From: Candidatus Shapirobacteria bacterium
GTDB taxonomy: Bacteria > Patescibacteriota > Microgenomatia > UBA12405
Reading direction: 5' to 3'
DNA: 64,000 bases
Assembly (NCBI GenBank): GCA_028704885.1
Contig: JAQWEN010000001.1
Coordinates: forward strand, 222,679-286,678
The stretch's first letter is position 1; each line of letters begins with the position of its first letter. A program made the position numbers and the translations under genes. Shown here in pieces: positions 7,699-17,621 of this stretch. The notes under the pieces were generated by a model, which had not been told where the DNA came from, did no database searches, and was given only the letters and a program-made list of their open reading frames with translations.

Positions 7699-9687
7699 TT
7701 TTTCAGCTTCGGTGTTGGTGGGATAGGAATAATCAACGGTTTTTTGGAGATTTTCTTTAGCTAACTTAGTTTCTTTTTGGTCTAGATAAATTTTACCTAA
7801 GGCAAAATAGGTATAATCATAATTTGGTTTTAATTCGATGGCTTTTTGATAGTAGGGAATAGCCTCTTTTTTCAAATTGGCGGTTTCTAAGAATTGACCA
7901 ATAGAATAATAAATTTTAGCGTCAGTGGGGGCTAGAAGACTGGCTTTGGTGAGGGCAGTAATAGATTCAGAAAAATATTTAGAATCGACTCCGGAAAGAT
8001 AAAGATAAGTTTGGGCACGTTGTTTCCAAAAATTAATATTGGCTGGAGATGTTTGAATAGTTAAATCGGAATATTTAACAGCTTGATCAACATCATCTTG
8101 GTTTTCGCTGTTTAAAGCGATTTTGGAATAAATGGTAGCCAGTTTGTCAGTATACAAAGGTTCTTTGGGGTTAAATTTATGGCTAGTTTGGGCATAAATT
8201 AGAGCGTTTTGATAGTTATTTATAGAATCATAATTTTCAGCTTTGGCAAAAGTAATGTCGGCTAAATAAAAAAGAATTGTTTTGATAGTAAGAAAAAGGC
8301 TAAGAATAAAAATTGGAATAAACAAAAAGGTTTTGGGTTTTTTTAATGGAGAAATTTTTTGATCTTGATTTAAAAGAGCGGGGAGAAGAAAGAAAAAGAG
8401 GGAAGTTATGACGACTGAAAAACCAGCGGAATTAGTAATTAGAATTGATAGATAACTGGCTAAAATTGGGAGAGTTAAATTTGAAATTTTTAATTTGAAA
8501 TTTTTAATCAAATAAAACAAAACAGAAATGATTATAAAACAATAGGCAGTAAAACCGACAGCGCCGGTGGTGGCGAGGTAATTAATGTATTCGTTGTGGG
8601 CTTTGTTGTAGAGATAATCCCACTCAGAGGTGAGATTGTGTTCGATTGGGCGAGTCCAATAATAGGAGTAAGCAAAAGTTTCGACTCCGGTACCAAAAAC
8701 AGGAAATTTTTTCCAAAGATCGATGGCGCCAGTCCAAACAATTTTGCGAATATCACCGGAAGAGGTAATTAAAATTTTTGATGGTTGAATATTATCTTCT
8801 AATATTATTGGTGAAATATGTTTGGTCTTTATAAAAGAAGTAAAACTATCTTTGATAGGGTTGTTTATAAAAATAGATAAAATTAGAATTAAGCCCACCA
8901 TCCCAATTAATTGGGATACCTCTACCCCTTTTGGGGTATCTATGGATCTTGACAGGGAGGCTTTACTTTTAATTTTGGAAAAAAAATAAATGGCAAAATA
9001 AATGGCGAGGGAAATGAGGCAGGCGATGATTCCTGATTTTGATTTGGTAAATAATAAAGACAAATAAAAACTGGAAGTAAGAAATAAGAAGTATGATTTA
9101 TGAATAAAACTTTTAGATTCCAGAAATTTAAAAATTGAAAAAGGAATAAGAATACAAAGATAAGCGGCGAGCCAATTTGGTTGACCAAGGGTGGAAAAAA
9201 CTCGGGATTGAACATCTTGAACCCACCAATTTTTATCGATACCAAAATGTTGAGCTATGGCATAAATGGAAATTAGAAAGCCGGATAAAAGAGAAAAATT
9301 AATAATTTGGGTTTTAAAATCGGAATTAATATAGACGGATAGGATTAGATATAAAATTGAGTAGCAAATTAAAGATAAAAGACCGCCATTAAGACGGGAA
9401 TAATAACCAAAAAAGGAAGTGTGAGGATCGATGGAATAAACAGTAGAAATGATTTGAGAAAGTAAAAATAAAGCTAAAGGAATGTTTAAAAAATTTTTTT
9501 TGATTAGAGGAACTTGTTTTTGAATGACATTTATTAAATGAAAAGTAGTTATCAAAATAGTTAACAAATAAACAAAATACATTTTAGGAAGTTCAAAAAG
9601 TTCGGAATTAGATTGAGTAAAAATAATAGGGGTTAAAAATAAGAGGGCCAAAAAAAGAAAGCGAACTGGTTTAACAAAAGACTTCAT
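7681..9687 (-). CDS. Wzy_C (O-antigen ligase / O-oligosaccharyltransferase-like) polytopic membrane protein with C-terminal TPR repeats
   Basis: More than 10 TM helices, a Wzy_C-like loop (GQPNWLAAYLCILIPF ... HNEYINYLATTG) and C-terminal TPR motifs (AIPYYQKAIELKPNYDYTYFALGKIY). Contains the in-frame repeat peptide IKNFKLKISNL. Confidence 0.6.
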   Translation of the reverse strand: MKSFVKPVRFLFLALLFLTPIIFTQSNSELFELPKMYFVYLLTILITTFHLINVIQKQVPLIKKNFLNIPLALFLLSQIISTVYSIDPHTSFFGYYSRLNGGLLSLICYSILYLILSVYINSDFKTQIINFSLLSGFLISIYAIAQHFGIDKNWWVQDVQSRVFSTLGQPNWLAAYLCILIPFSIFKFLESKSFIHKSYFLFLTSSFYLSLLFTKSKSGIIACLISLAIYFAIYFFSKIKSKASLSRSIDTPKGVEVSQLIGMVGLILILSIFINNPIKDSFTSFIKTKHISPIILEDNIQPSKILITSSGDIRKIVWTGAIDLWKKFPVFGTGVETFAYSYYWTRPIEHNLTSEWDYLYNKAHNEYINYLATTGAVGFTAYCFIIISVLFYLIKNFKLKISNLTLPILASYLSILITNSAGFSVVITSLFFFLLPALLNQDQKISPLKKPKTFLFIPIFILSLFLTIKTILFYLADITFAKAENYDSINNYQNALIYAQTSHKFNPKEPLYTDKLATIYSKIALNSENQDDVDQAVKYSDLTIQTSPANINFWKQRAQTYLYLSGVDSKYFSESITALTKASLLAPTDAKIYYSIGQFLETANLKKEAIPYYQKAIELKPNYDYTYFALGKIYLDQKETKLAKENLQKTVDYSYPTNTEAEKLLKNL

Positions 9688-9732
9688 AGTCTATATTGTA
9701 ACTTAAGAGGCCTAACTTGTTATAATTTTAGA

Positions 9733-10845
9733 GTGATTAAGTTTGGATTATTAAAAAATAAAATTAAAAATTTCTTTGGGCTTTTTTCGTGGGAAATAGG
9801 AGTTGATCTGGGAAGTAATAATACTTTGATTTATTTAAAAGATAGAGGAGTGATTATTGATGAACCGACAATGATTGCCCGCCAGAAAAAAAAGAGATGG
9901 ACAGGATTATCAGCACCAAAATCAAAAAAAAGTGGTCCAATTGCTTTCGGTTTTAAAGCCAAAGAAATGTTAAATCGAGAGCCAAAGCAAATTGAAGTAG
10001 TTTCACCAATTAAAAATGGAGTAATTTCCGATCTTGAGGCCTTGGAAAGTTTAATTTCCTATTATCTAAAATTAGTTTATGAAATTCCGTCTAAATATCC
10101 TAAAATTTTTAAGCCGAGAGTAATAGTTGGAGTGCCAAGTACAATTAATCAGGTACAAAAAAGAGCAGTAAAGTCAGTTTTTTTGAACGCAGGAGCAAAG
10201 GAAGTTATTCTTTTGGAGGAAGTAGTTTTGGCGGCGATTGGAATTGGTTTACCGGTTAATAGTTCATCTGGTTTAGTAATTGTTGATGTAGGTGGAGGAA
10301 AAACGGAAGTCAGTGTGATTTCAATGGGAGGAGTGGTGGTTGGTCGAGGAATCAAAACGGCGGGAAACGATTTAGATAACAGCATTATTAATTACGTCAA
10401 AATGAAATATGGAATTTTAATTGGTCCAAATAGTGCTGAAAGAATAAAAATGGAGGTGGGAAATTTAAATAAAGATGGGGACAAAAAAACAGCTTTGGTT
10501 AGAGGAAGAGATTTGGAAAGCGGTTTGCCAAAAACAGTGAAAATTACTGAAGATGAAGTCCGAGAAGCTATGGCAATGGAATTAACAAAAATAGTTAAGC
10601 TGGTAGCAACGGTTTTAGATGAAACACCACCAGAATTAATGGAAGATATTTTAAAAAGAGGAATTGTAATTGTAGGTAATGGAGGAAAAATAAGTGGACT
10701 AGCGTCTTTAATTGAAGCGGAAACGAAAATATTTACTAAGGTGTTGGATGAAGCAGGAATGATGATAATTAGAGGCTGTGGTGAATTAATTCAAAATAGA
10801 GAAATTTTAAAGCAAGTTAAATTGGTGTCAGGATTAAAAGAATGA
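9733..10845 (+). CDS. mreB: rod-shape determining actin homolog MreB
   Basis: Actin-fold phosphate 1 and 2 motifs (IGVDLGSNNTLIY; IVDVGGGKTEVSVIS) and an MreB-type connect region. The stop TGA overlaps the mrdA ATG. Confidence 0.85.
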   Translation: MIKFGLLKNKIKNFFGLFSWEIGVDLGSNNTLIYLKDRGVIIDEPTMIARQKKKRWTGLSAPKSKKSGPIAFGFKAKEMLNREPKQIEVVSPIKNGVISDLEALESLISYYLKLVYEIPSKYPKIFKPRVIVGVPSTINQVQKRAVKSVFLNAGAKEVILLEEVVLAAIGIGLPVNSSSGLVIVDVGGGKTEVSVISMGGVVVGRGIKTAGNDLDNSIINYVKMKYGILIGPNSAERIKMEVGNLNKDGDKKTALVRGRDLESGLPKTVKITEDEVREAMAMELTKIVKLVATVLDETPPELMEDILKRGIVIVGNGGKISGLASLIEAETKIFTKVLDEAGMMIIRGCGELIQNREILKQVKLVSGLKE

Positions 10846-12491
10846 ATCAAGTAGATGATAGTTCTTGGAAATATTGGTTAATGAAATTTGGTCTAATACT
10901 AAGTTTAGGAATTATTTTAGTGTCAATTTTTAAGTTGAGTGTGATTAAGGGAACTTATTATAAAAATTTAGCCATGGAAAATAAATTAATGGAAAAAAAG
11001 ATTCCGGCAGCCAGAGCAGTAATAAAAGACAGAAAAGGAAGAATAGTAGCAAAAAGTGTTTATCAATATTTTAGAATGGATGGAGAAAATAAAATTTATG
11101 AAGGTGTGGGTGATTTTCAGGGATATAAATTTGAAGGGGAAAATTTGGCTTATGAACTTAAAAGATCATATCCTTATGGAGAATCGATGTCTTTTATAAC
11201 TGGTTATGTGGGAAAAGTTAATCAAGATGATAAAAGTAGAAATGAATGTGGAATAAAATTGGATGATGATGAAGTCATAGGAAGGAGCGGAGTGGAATCT
11301 TTTTTAGATTGTCAATTAAGAGGGGTTGACGGAAGAAGATTAGTGGAAGTTGATGCCAAGGGAAAATATGTTAGAGAGTTGGGCCGACAAGAACCAAAAG
11401 TGTCACCAGATTTAAATTTATCAATAGATGCTTATTGGCAAGATAAAATTTACAAATTACTGGATGGTAAAAAGGCGGTAGTAATAATTAGTGAACCAAA
11501 AACTGGAAAAATAATAAGTTTAGTTTCTAGTCCTGCTTTTAACGCTAATGATTTTTCTTATGATGCAAATTCGGCAAAAATTAAAGAATATTTAAACGAT
11601 AATGAAAATTTACCAATGATGAATAGATCAATTTCGGGAAGATACAGTCCAGGATCAGTATTTAAAATTGTAATTTCGACGGCTGGATTGGAAAGTGGAG
11701 TAATAAACAAAGATAGTCTAATTGAAGATACTGGAATTATAAAAGTAGGGGATTATTCTTATTCAAATTGGTTATGGTCAAAAAGTGGGACAACTGATGG
11801 AATGGTTAATGTGGTTAAGGCAATTCAAAGATCAAATGATATCTTTTTTTATAAATTAGGGGAAATGTTAGGATTGGAAAGAATAGATACTTGGGCTAAA
11901 AAATATGGTTATGGAAAAAAAACCGGAGTGGAATTGGCAGGGGAATTGGATGGAATTGTGCCAGATGAAAAATGGAAAAAAGAAGTTAAAGGAGAAAATT
12001 GGTATTTGGGAGATACTTATCATTTATCAATAGGACAGGGAGGTTTGAGTATTACTCCTTTGCAAGTTAACCAAATGACAAATATTATTGCCAATAAAGG
12101 AGTTAAGTGTAAAATGAGTATTTTGAAAGATAGTAAGGTGGAATGCGAGGATTTGAAGATTAAAAAAGAAAATGTGGAATTAGTGGTTCAAGGAATGAAA
12201 AATGCTTGTAAAACCGGAGGAACGGCCTGGCCATTGTTTAATTTTAAAACTGAAATTGCCTGTAAAACTGGGACGGCTGAAGTAGGGGACGGGAGTAAAG
12301 ATACTCAGGCGTGGTTGACGGCTTTTGCGCCAGCGGATGATCCGCAGATTTCAATTACAGTCTTAGTCGAAAGAGGTGGAGAAGGATCTGATGTGGCGGC
12401 GCCAATTGTAGGAGATATATTAAAGGAATGGTTTGAAGAACCAAATACAGTGGTGCCAAGAAAAGCAGATAAAAAAATTATTTCTGAATAA
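10842..12491 (+). CDS. mrdA: penicillin-binding protein 2-type transpeptidase
   Basis: SxxK (SPGSVFK), SxN and KTG (KTGTAE) motifs, an N-terminal TM anchor, and a position directly downstream of mreB. Confidence 0.8.
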   Translation: MNQVDDSSWKYWLMKFGLILSLGIILVSIFKLSVIKGTYYKNLAMENKLMEKKIPAARAVIKDRKGRIVAKSVYQYFRMDGENKIYEGVGDFQGYKFEGENLAYELKRSYPYGESMSFITGYVGKVNQDDKSRNECGIKLDDDEVIGRSGVESFLDCQLRGVDGRRLVEVDAKGKYVRELGRQEPKVSPDLNLSIDAYWQDKIYKLLDGKKAVVIISEPKTGKIISLVSSPAFNANDFSYDANSAKIKEYLNDNENLPMMNRSISGRYSPGSVFKIVISTAGLESGVINKDSLIEDTGIIKVGDYSYSNWLWSKSGTTDGMVNVVKAIQRSNDIFFYKLGEMLGLERIDTWAKKYGYGKKTGVELAGELDGIVPDEKWKKEVKGENWYLGDTYHLSIGQGGLSITPLQVNQMTNIIANKGVKCKMSILKDSKVECEDLKIKKENVELVVQGMKNACKTGGTAWPLFNFKTEIACKTGTAEVGDGSKDTQAWLTAFAPADDPQISITVLVERGGEGSDVAAPIVGDILKEWFEEPNTVVPRKADKKIISE

Positions 12492-12542
12492 ATAATTTGA
12501 CAGTGATGATATGATGTTGTCATATAAAAATTATTCATTAAA

Positions 12543-12830
12543 ATGAATATGAGTTTTGAAACAATTAAAGATAATATTCAGGGTTATATCGAAACTAGAA
12601 AAGAATTAAAAAATTCAAAAAATTTGATTGATAAAAGTGAAGGTCTTGTTTCTATGAGAGTCTATAATAATTCTTCATCTAATTTACAGGGCAGACAATT
12701 TGGTCCAATGGGTTATTATGAGAATGAAATGGATGCTATTAGAAGAGAAATAAAAAAGGGTGATAGAGTAGTAGTTTCAGGGGAAAAAGGTATAGTAACA
12801 ATTTTAAATAGAAATAATAAAAGTAATTAA
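12543..12830 (+). CDS. hypothetical small protein
   Basis: 95-aa ORF with no recognisable motif, sitting between mrdA and topA in the same orientation. Confidence 0.3.
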   Translation: MNMSFETIKDNIQGYIETRKELKNSKNLIDKSEGLVSMRVYNNSSSNLQGRQFGPMGYYENEMDAIRREIKKGDRVVVSGEKGIVTILNRNNKSN

Positions 12831-12858
12831 TTTGTGGTTGACAGAGTGTCGGTAATAG

Positions 12859-14853
12859 ATGACAATGAAAGATAAAATGAAGAAACTATTAATTGTAGAG
12901 TCACCAACTAAGGCCAGAACTATTGGAAAATATTTAGGTAATGACTTTAAAGTATTGGCAACCGTAGGACATATTCGTGATTTGCCGACTAATAAAATGG
13001 CAGTTGATTTGAAGAATTTTACAGTGGAATATGTAATTGATGCTAAAAAGAAAAAGGTGGTTGATGAATTAGTAAAAGCTTCAAAAAGTGCTGATCAAAT
13101 ATTTTTAGCCTCCGATCCTGATCGTGAAGGAGAAGCAATTTCTTGGCATGTAAATTGGATTTTATTAAATGCCAAAAAACCGGTTAAAAAAGAAATAATT
13201 TCTCGAGTAACTTTTCATGAAATTACTAAAGAAGCAGTGGAAGAAGCAATAAAAAATTCTCGAGAGATTGATATGAATTTGGTTCAAGCCCAACAAGGGA
13301 GAAGAGTTTTGGATAGAGTGGTGGGTTACAGTTTGTCGCCACTTTTGTGGAAAAAAGTTAGACGGGGATTATCGGCTGGACGGGTGCAATCAGTGGCGGT
13401 AAGACTTATTTGTGAAAGAGAAAAGGAAATAGAAGCCTTTAAAAGAGAAAAATATTTCTCAATTTATAGTGAATTACAAAAAAATGGAGAAAAATTTAAC
13501 GCTGAATTAATTAAAGTTGATGGGAAAAATATTTATAAAACTGACAAGATAAAACTGTTTGATGGAGAATATTCTTACACTACTTCCTGCTTTAAGACAC
13601 AATCTGATGCTGATAGATATATTAAAAATGTAGAAAAAGACTTTTTGATAACTAAAATTTCTGGTAAGGAAGTTCATAGATTGCCATTACCAGCATTTAC
13701 AACTTCAAAGTTACAACAAGCCGCATCAAGAAAAATGGGTTGGTCGGGTAAACAAACAATGAGCGTGGCCCAAAAACTTTATGAAAAAGGTTTGATTACT
13801 TATCATAGAACTGATTCGGTTTATTTATCGGAAAAATCAATCTTGGAATTTAGAAAATATATCGGAGAAAAATTTGGAGAAAATTATGTGGTCCCAAAAA
13901 TTAGATTTTATAAAAATACCTCAAAAAATGCTCAGGAGGCTCATGAGGCAATAAGACCGACAAATGTCTCAAGACCAGTCATTGATGATGGCGATGTTAG
14001 AGAAAATAAATTGTATGAAATGATCTGGAAAAGGGCAGTAGCGACTCAAGCAGCAGCGGCAGTAATGAAAAATACAACTATATTATTTGCCAATGGCAAT
14101 GGGACATTTGAATCAAAAGGAGTAATAATGTTGTTCGATGGATTCTTAAAAATTACTGGTGATAAACATGAAGATCAAGTGTTGCCAGAACTTAATGAAA
14201 ATGAAAAAATTAATGGTAAAAAAAATTGGTCGGTGGAGTCAGAAACTAATCCAATGCCAAGATATAGTGATGCTAGTTTGGTGTCGTCTTTAGAAAAACA
14301 AGGAATTGGTAGACCATCAACTTATGCACCAATTATTTCAACTATTTTATTAAGACAATACGTGGAAAGAGAAGAAGGCCGATTTAGACCGACGGTTTTA
14401 GGTCAGGCAACTAATGAATTTTTAGTTAAGAATTTTGCTAATGTTTTATCTTTGCCTTTTACAGCAGAAATGGAAGAGGATTTGGATAAAATTGCCTTGA
14501 ATAAAATTGAGTGGGAAGAAATGATGAAGACATTTTGGAAACAATTTGAAAAGGAATTGAAGTTGGCCGAAAGCGGAAGCGAGAGGGTTAAAGTGGAAGC
14601 CGAAAAAACCGGCGAAAAATGCCCGCAATGTGGAGAAGGTGAATTAGTAATTAGACTGGGAAGGTTTGGAAAGTTTATTTCTTGTGATCGCTTTCCAGAT
14701 TGTAAATATACTCGACCATTTCAAGAAGCAGCAGGATTTAAATGTCCAGAATGTGGAGCTGAAGGAGTGGTTCGTAAAACTAAAACCGGGAGAAAATTTT
14801 TTGGCTGCTCTAAATATCCGGTTTGTAAGTGGGCGGGTTGGAAAAAACCTTAA
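12859..14853 (+). CDS. topA: DNA topoisomerase I
   Basis: Toprim start LLIVESPTKARTIGKYLG, a catalytic-Tyr region and C-terminal C4 zinc ribbons (CPQCGEG ... CDRFPDC; CPECGA ... CSKYPVC). Confidence 0.9.
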   Translation: MTMKDKMKKLLIVESPTKARTIGKYLGNDFKVLATVGHIRDLPTNKMAVDLKNFTVEYVIDAKKKKVVDELVKASKSADQIFLASDPDREGEAISWHVNWILLNAKKPVKKEIISRVTFHEITKEAVEEAIKNSREIDMNLVQAQQGRRVLDRVVGYSLSPLLWKKVRRGLSAGRVQSVAVRLICEREKEIEAFKREKYFSIYSELQKNGEKFNAELIKVDGKNIYKTDKIKLFDGEYSYTTSCFKTQSDADRYIKNVEKDFLITKISGKEVHRLPLPAFTTSKLQQAASRKMGWSGKQTMSVAQKLYEKGLITYHRTDSVYLSEKSILEFRKYIGEKFGENYVVPKIRFYKNTSKNAQEAHEAIRPTNVSRPVIDDGDVRENKLYEMIWKRAVATQAAAAVMKNTTILFANGNGTFESKGVIMLFDGFLKITGDKHEDQVLPELNENEKINGKKNWSVESETNPMPRYSDASLVSSLEKQGIGRPSTYAPIISTILLRQYVEREEGRFRPTVLGQATNEFLVKNFANVLSLPFTAEMEEDLDKIALNKIEWEEMMKTFWKQFEKELKLAESGSERVKVEAEKTGEKCPQCGEGELVIRLGRFGKFISCDRFPDCKYTRPFQEAAGFKCPECGAEGVVRKTKTGRKFFGCSKYPVCKWAGWKKP

Positions 14854-15037
14854 GGTCGAATTTTAATAGGATTATGTTTGTTGGGTTTTTCAATATGACG
14901 ATTATGTTGAGGATTATATTCTGAAGTAGGATGTTCTTTGGGTTTACTAGGATTTTTTTTTGGTTTTATAGTGTCGGCCGAGGGCGCTTTGATCATAAAA
15001 GTGTAATTAATCTAACTATCTGATTATACCATTTTGT

Positions 15038-17203
15038 TTATTTCTTTTTACCCCAGTGTTGTTGAGAAGTGGCAATGAGCTTGGCACGTTGTTGGTTTTT
15101 ACAAGAAAGAGGTGGAAGAGTGGTGGCATAGAAAGGTTCAGTGGTTTCAGAATCAATAGAAAGTTTGGAAATAATTTGATATTTACCAATTTTAACTAAA
15201 TCTTCTGGAGGGAATTGAGCCCCAAATTCTTTAGCGAGGATGAAAGCATCTTGATTACCAACAACAAAGGACATAATCGAGCCAACGTTACCTAAAATAG
15301 CGTCTTGAATAGTGCGATCGAGCTGAGCCATATATTGATTGGCAATGATTAGGTTAAGTTTGAATTTGCGAGCTTCGGAAAGAATTTTAATAAAGGCTTC
15401 GGTGGCAAAATTTTGAAATTCATCGACATATAAATAAAAATCGGAACGATCTTCACTGGCCTGAAAAACACGATTCATAGCGGAAAGTTGGATTTGAGTG
15501 ATTAACATGGCACCAAGAAGGGCAGAATTATCTTCACCTAATTTACCAGTAGAAAGGTCGGCAATCAAAATTTTCTTTTGATCCATGATTTCTTGAATAT
15601 TTATTTTTGATTTGGGATGAGCAACGGTATTTCTAATATTAGTGGAAGAAATAAACTGACCGACTTTATTTAAAATGGGGGAAACGGCTTCATTTTGAAA
15701 TTTGGGATCCATACGATCAAATTCGTTGTGCCAGAAATTAATTAAAGTTTGATTAGTTAATTGAGAAACGACTCTTTCGCGAAAATTTTTGTTGGTTAAA
15801 ATTTCAACGATATGAGTTAAATCACTGCCAGGAGTGTTGACTAAGGTTAAAACAGAATTTCTTAAAATATGTTCAAGACGAGGGCCCCAGGAAATATTGC
15901 CGTAAAGTTTTTTGAAAATAGAAATAACACCGGAGGCAATTAATTCTTTTTGATTTTCATTTTTAGCTTCTAAAACATTGAGAGGATAGGCATATTCTGG
16001 ATCGGCGGGGTTGAAATAACAACAATCATTAATTCGGTTTGAAGGGATATAGTCAAGAATAGTGTTGCACAAATCGCCGTGAGGATCGATGACGGCGACA
16101 CCGCGACCTTTACGAATATCATCGATGGCCATGTTGGCAATAAGAGTAGTTTTACCAGTACCAGATTTACCAATGATATAAGTGTGACGGCGACGATCTT
16201 CGCCCTGTTTGATACCAAAAATAGAATCTTTATTTCTAAATTCAGTTTTAGCAAAAAAGGTTATTTCATTTTTTTGTTCTGGAGTAAGATTATCGGCAAC
16301 TGGAAGATTTTCTGGTGGATCGGAATAAAGCTTTTTACCCCAAGCAATATTGGGAAGTTTGGTATTTAAATTAGGAAAATGCCAAATAGCGGCTAACTCT
16401 TCGGTATTAAAAATCTGACTTTTTAATTTAATATTAAATTTACGAGTACAAATTGATTCCTGGAGTTTCTTTTTGGCAAAAAATCCAGGAGTAAAATTTT
16501 TAATAAAATTACCACGAGGATTAGTGTAGGCACCAAAAGAAGAAGAAACGGAAGCGACGAGTCCGGGATTATTACTAAAAAGATTAATTTGGGTATAAAG
16601 ACCGGGAAATTGAATTTTTTGTTCAAAAATGGCTTTGTCGGGGTGAGCACTACGAATATTTCTTTCTCGATCAATTAAAATTCCATTTTGAATAGTGCTA
16701 ACAATACCACCCTGCCAATTTTTTGGAGCACCGCTGAGAAGAATTTGGAAGAGAAAAAAATCTTTGGCATTGTTAGACCTTGAAAGAGGAGCCAAAACGG
16801 AAGTTAATGGATCAGTGTCCTTAAAATCTTTAGCGGTTTTAGTTGGATAATCATAGGATCGGCCTAAACCAAGCTGAGTAAAAGTGATTGGCAAGGCTGG
16901 ATCGAGTTCAAGCAAATAATCTTTGGTATCTCGAAGAATAGCAGTGGAATATTGAGCTAAAATTTGGGAACGAAGAAATTCACTGTTATCAGAAAGGGCA
17001 GCAACATAAAAATGAATTTGACCATCTTTTAAGACGATTTCCAGGGAAACAATAGTTTTTTTCTTGCCAATTAATTTTTCAAAAAAAGAAAGGTTAGAAA
17101 CTTGGGTAAAGTTTGAAAGCAGAGCAGACATAGACTCAAAAGTATGTTCATTGGTTTGAGGCAAGCGGACTTCAAAAATTGAAAGACTGGCCGTATCGGA
17201 CAT
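15038..17203 (-). CDS. FtsK/HerA-superfamily ATPase of the type IV secretion coupling-protein type (VirD4/TraG-like, TraM-recognition/DUF87)
   Basis: Walker A IIGKSGTGKTTLI followed by VIDPHGDL, and a Walker B LYVDEFQNF. At 721 aa with an N-terminal non-ATPase region it resembles the stand-alone T4SS DNA-binding ATPases common in CPR genomes. Confidence 0.55.
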   Translation of the reverse strand: MSDTASLSIFEVRLPQTNEHTFESMSALLSNFTQVSNLSFFEKLIGKKKTIVSLEIVLKDGQIHFYVAALSDNSEFLRSQILAQYSTAILRDTKDYLLELDPALPITFTQLGLGRSYDYPTKTAKDFKDTDPLTSVLAPLSRSNNAKDFFLFQILLSGAPKNWQGGIVSTIQNGILIDRERNIRSAHPDKAIFEQKIQFPGLYTQINLFSNNPGLVASVSSSFGAYTNPRGNFIKNFTPGFFAKKKLQESICTRKFNIKLKSQIFNTEELAAIWHFPNLNTKLPNIAWGKKLYSDPPENLPVADNLTPEQKNEITFFAKTEFRNKDSIFGIKQGEDRRRHTYIIGKSGTGKTTLIANMAIDDIRKGRGVAVIDPHGDLCNTILDYIPSNRINDCCYFNPADPEYAYPLNVLEAKNENQKELIASGVISIFKKLYGNISWGPRLEHILRNSVLTLVNTPGSDLTHIVEILTNKNFRERVVSQLTNQTLINFWHNEFDRMDPKFQNEAVSPILNKVGQFISSTNIRNTVAHPKSKINIQEIMDQKKILIADLSTGKLGEDNSALLGAMLITQIQLSAMNRVFQASEDRSDFYLYVDEFQNFATEAFIKILSEARKFKLNLIIANQYMAQLDRTIQDAILGNVGSIMSFVVGNQDAFILAKEFGAQFPPEDLVKIGKYQIISKLSIDSETTEPFYATTLPPLSCKNQQRAKLIATSQQHWGKKK

Positions 17204-17284
17204 AAGATTATTTTAACAACATTTTAATCAAAATGAAGAAGGGGAAGAAAAATTATCTTATAATATTGACAAAATAGAGTTTTT

Positions 17285-17293
17285 TGGTATAAT
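17285..17293 (+). promoter_or_regulatory. extended -10 promoter element TGGTATAAT
   Basis: TTTTGGTATAATTGGG lies 21 nt upstream of the ATG at 17314 and is one of the recurring GGTATAAT motifs. Confidence 0.3.
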
Positions 17294-17313
17294 TGGGTTA
17301 TTAAAAACAATTT

Positions 17314-17508
17314 ATGGAAAAGCTTATTGAGATTTTTAATAAAGGAAGTGGTTTAAATTTAGAACAGGGTGATGTAGTTGTTTTATTTGATAGTAAGACT
17401 GAAAAAACGGTTGTGACTGGTCGATCAAATGCAGAAAATATGGTAAAGGATATTCATGAAACAGTTAAAATGGCATTGGAAAAGGCAGGAATTGAAACAA
17501 GAGAATAA
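17314..17508 (+). CDS. hypothetical small protein
   Basis: 64-aa ORF downstream of a promoter-like motif. No recognisable motif. Confidence 0.3.
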   Translation: MEKLIEIFNKGSGLNLEQGDVVVLFDSKTEKTVVTGRSNAENMVKDIHETVKMALEKAGIETRE

Positions 17509-17621
17509 AGGAAGTTAGCTTTGTGATATAATTTCCAAGTTAATAATTTTTAAATTTTTAACACGTATTTATCCTGGGTTAATTATTCCCTGTGTTAAAA
17601 ATCAACAATAAGGAAAACAAC

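Noticed and set aside
14850-14996. 48-aa low-complexity minus ORF in the topA / coupling-ATPase convergent spacer
   Set aside because: Pro/Lys/Asn-rich low-complexity translation with no RBS. Probably non-coding 3' UTR.
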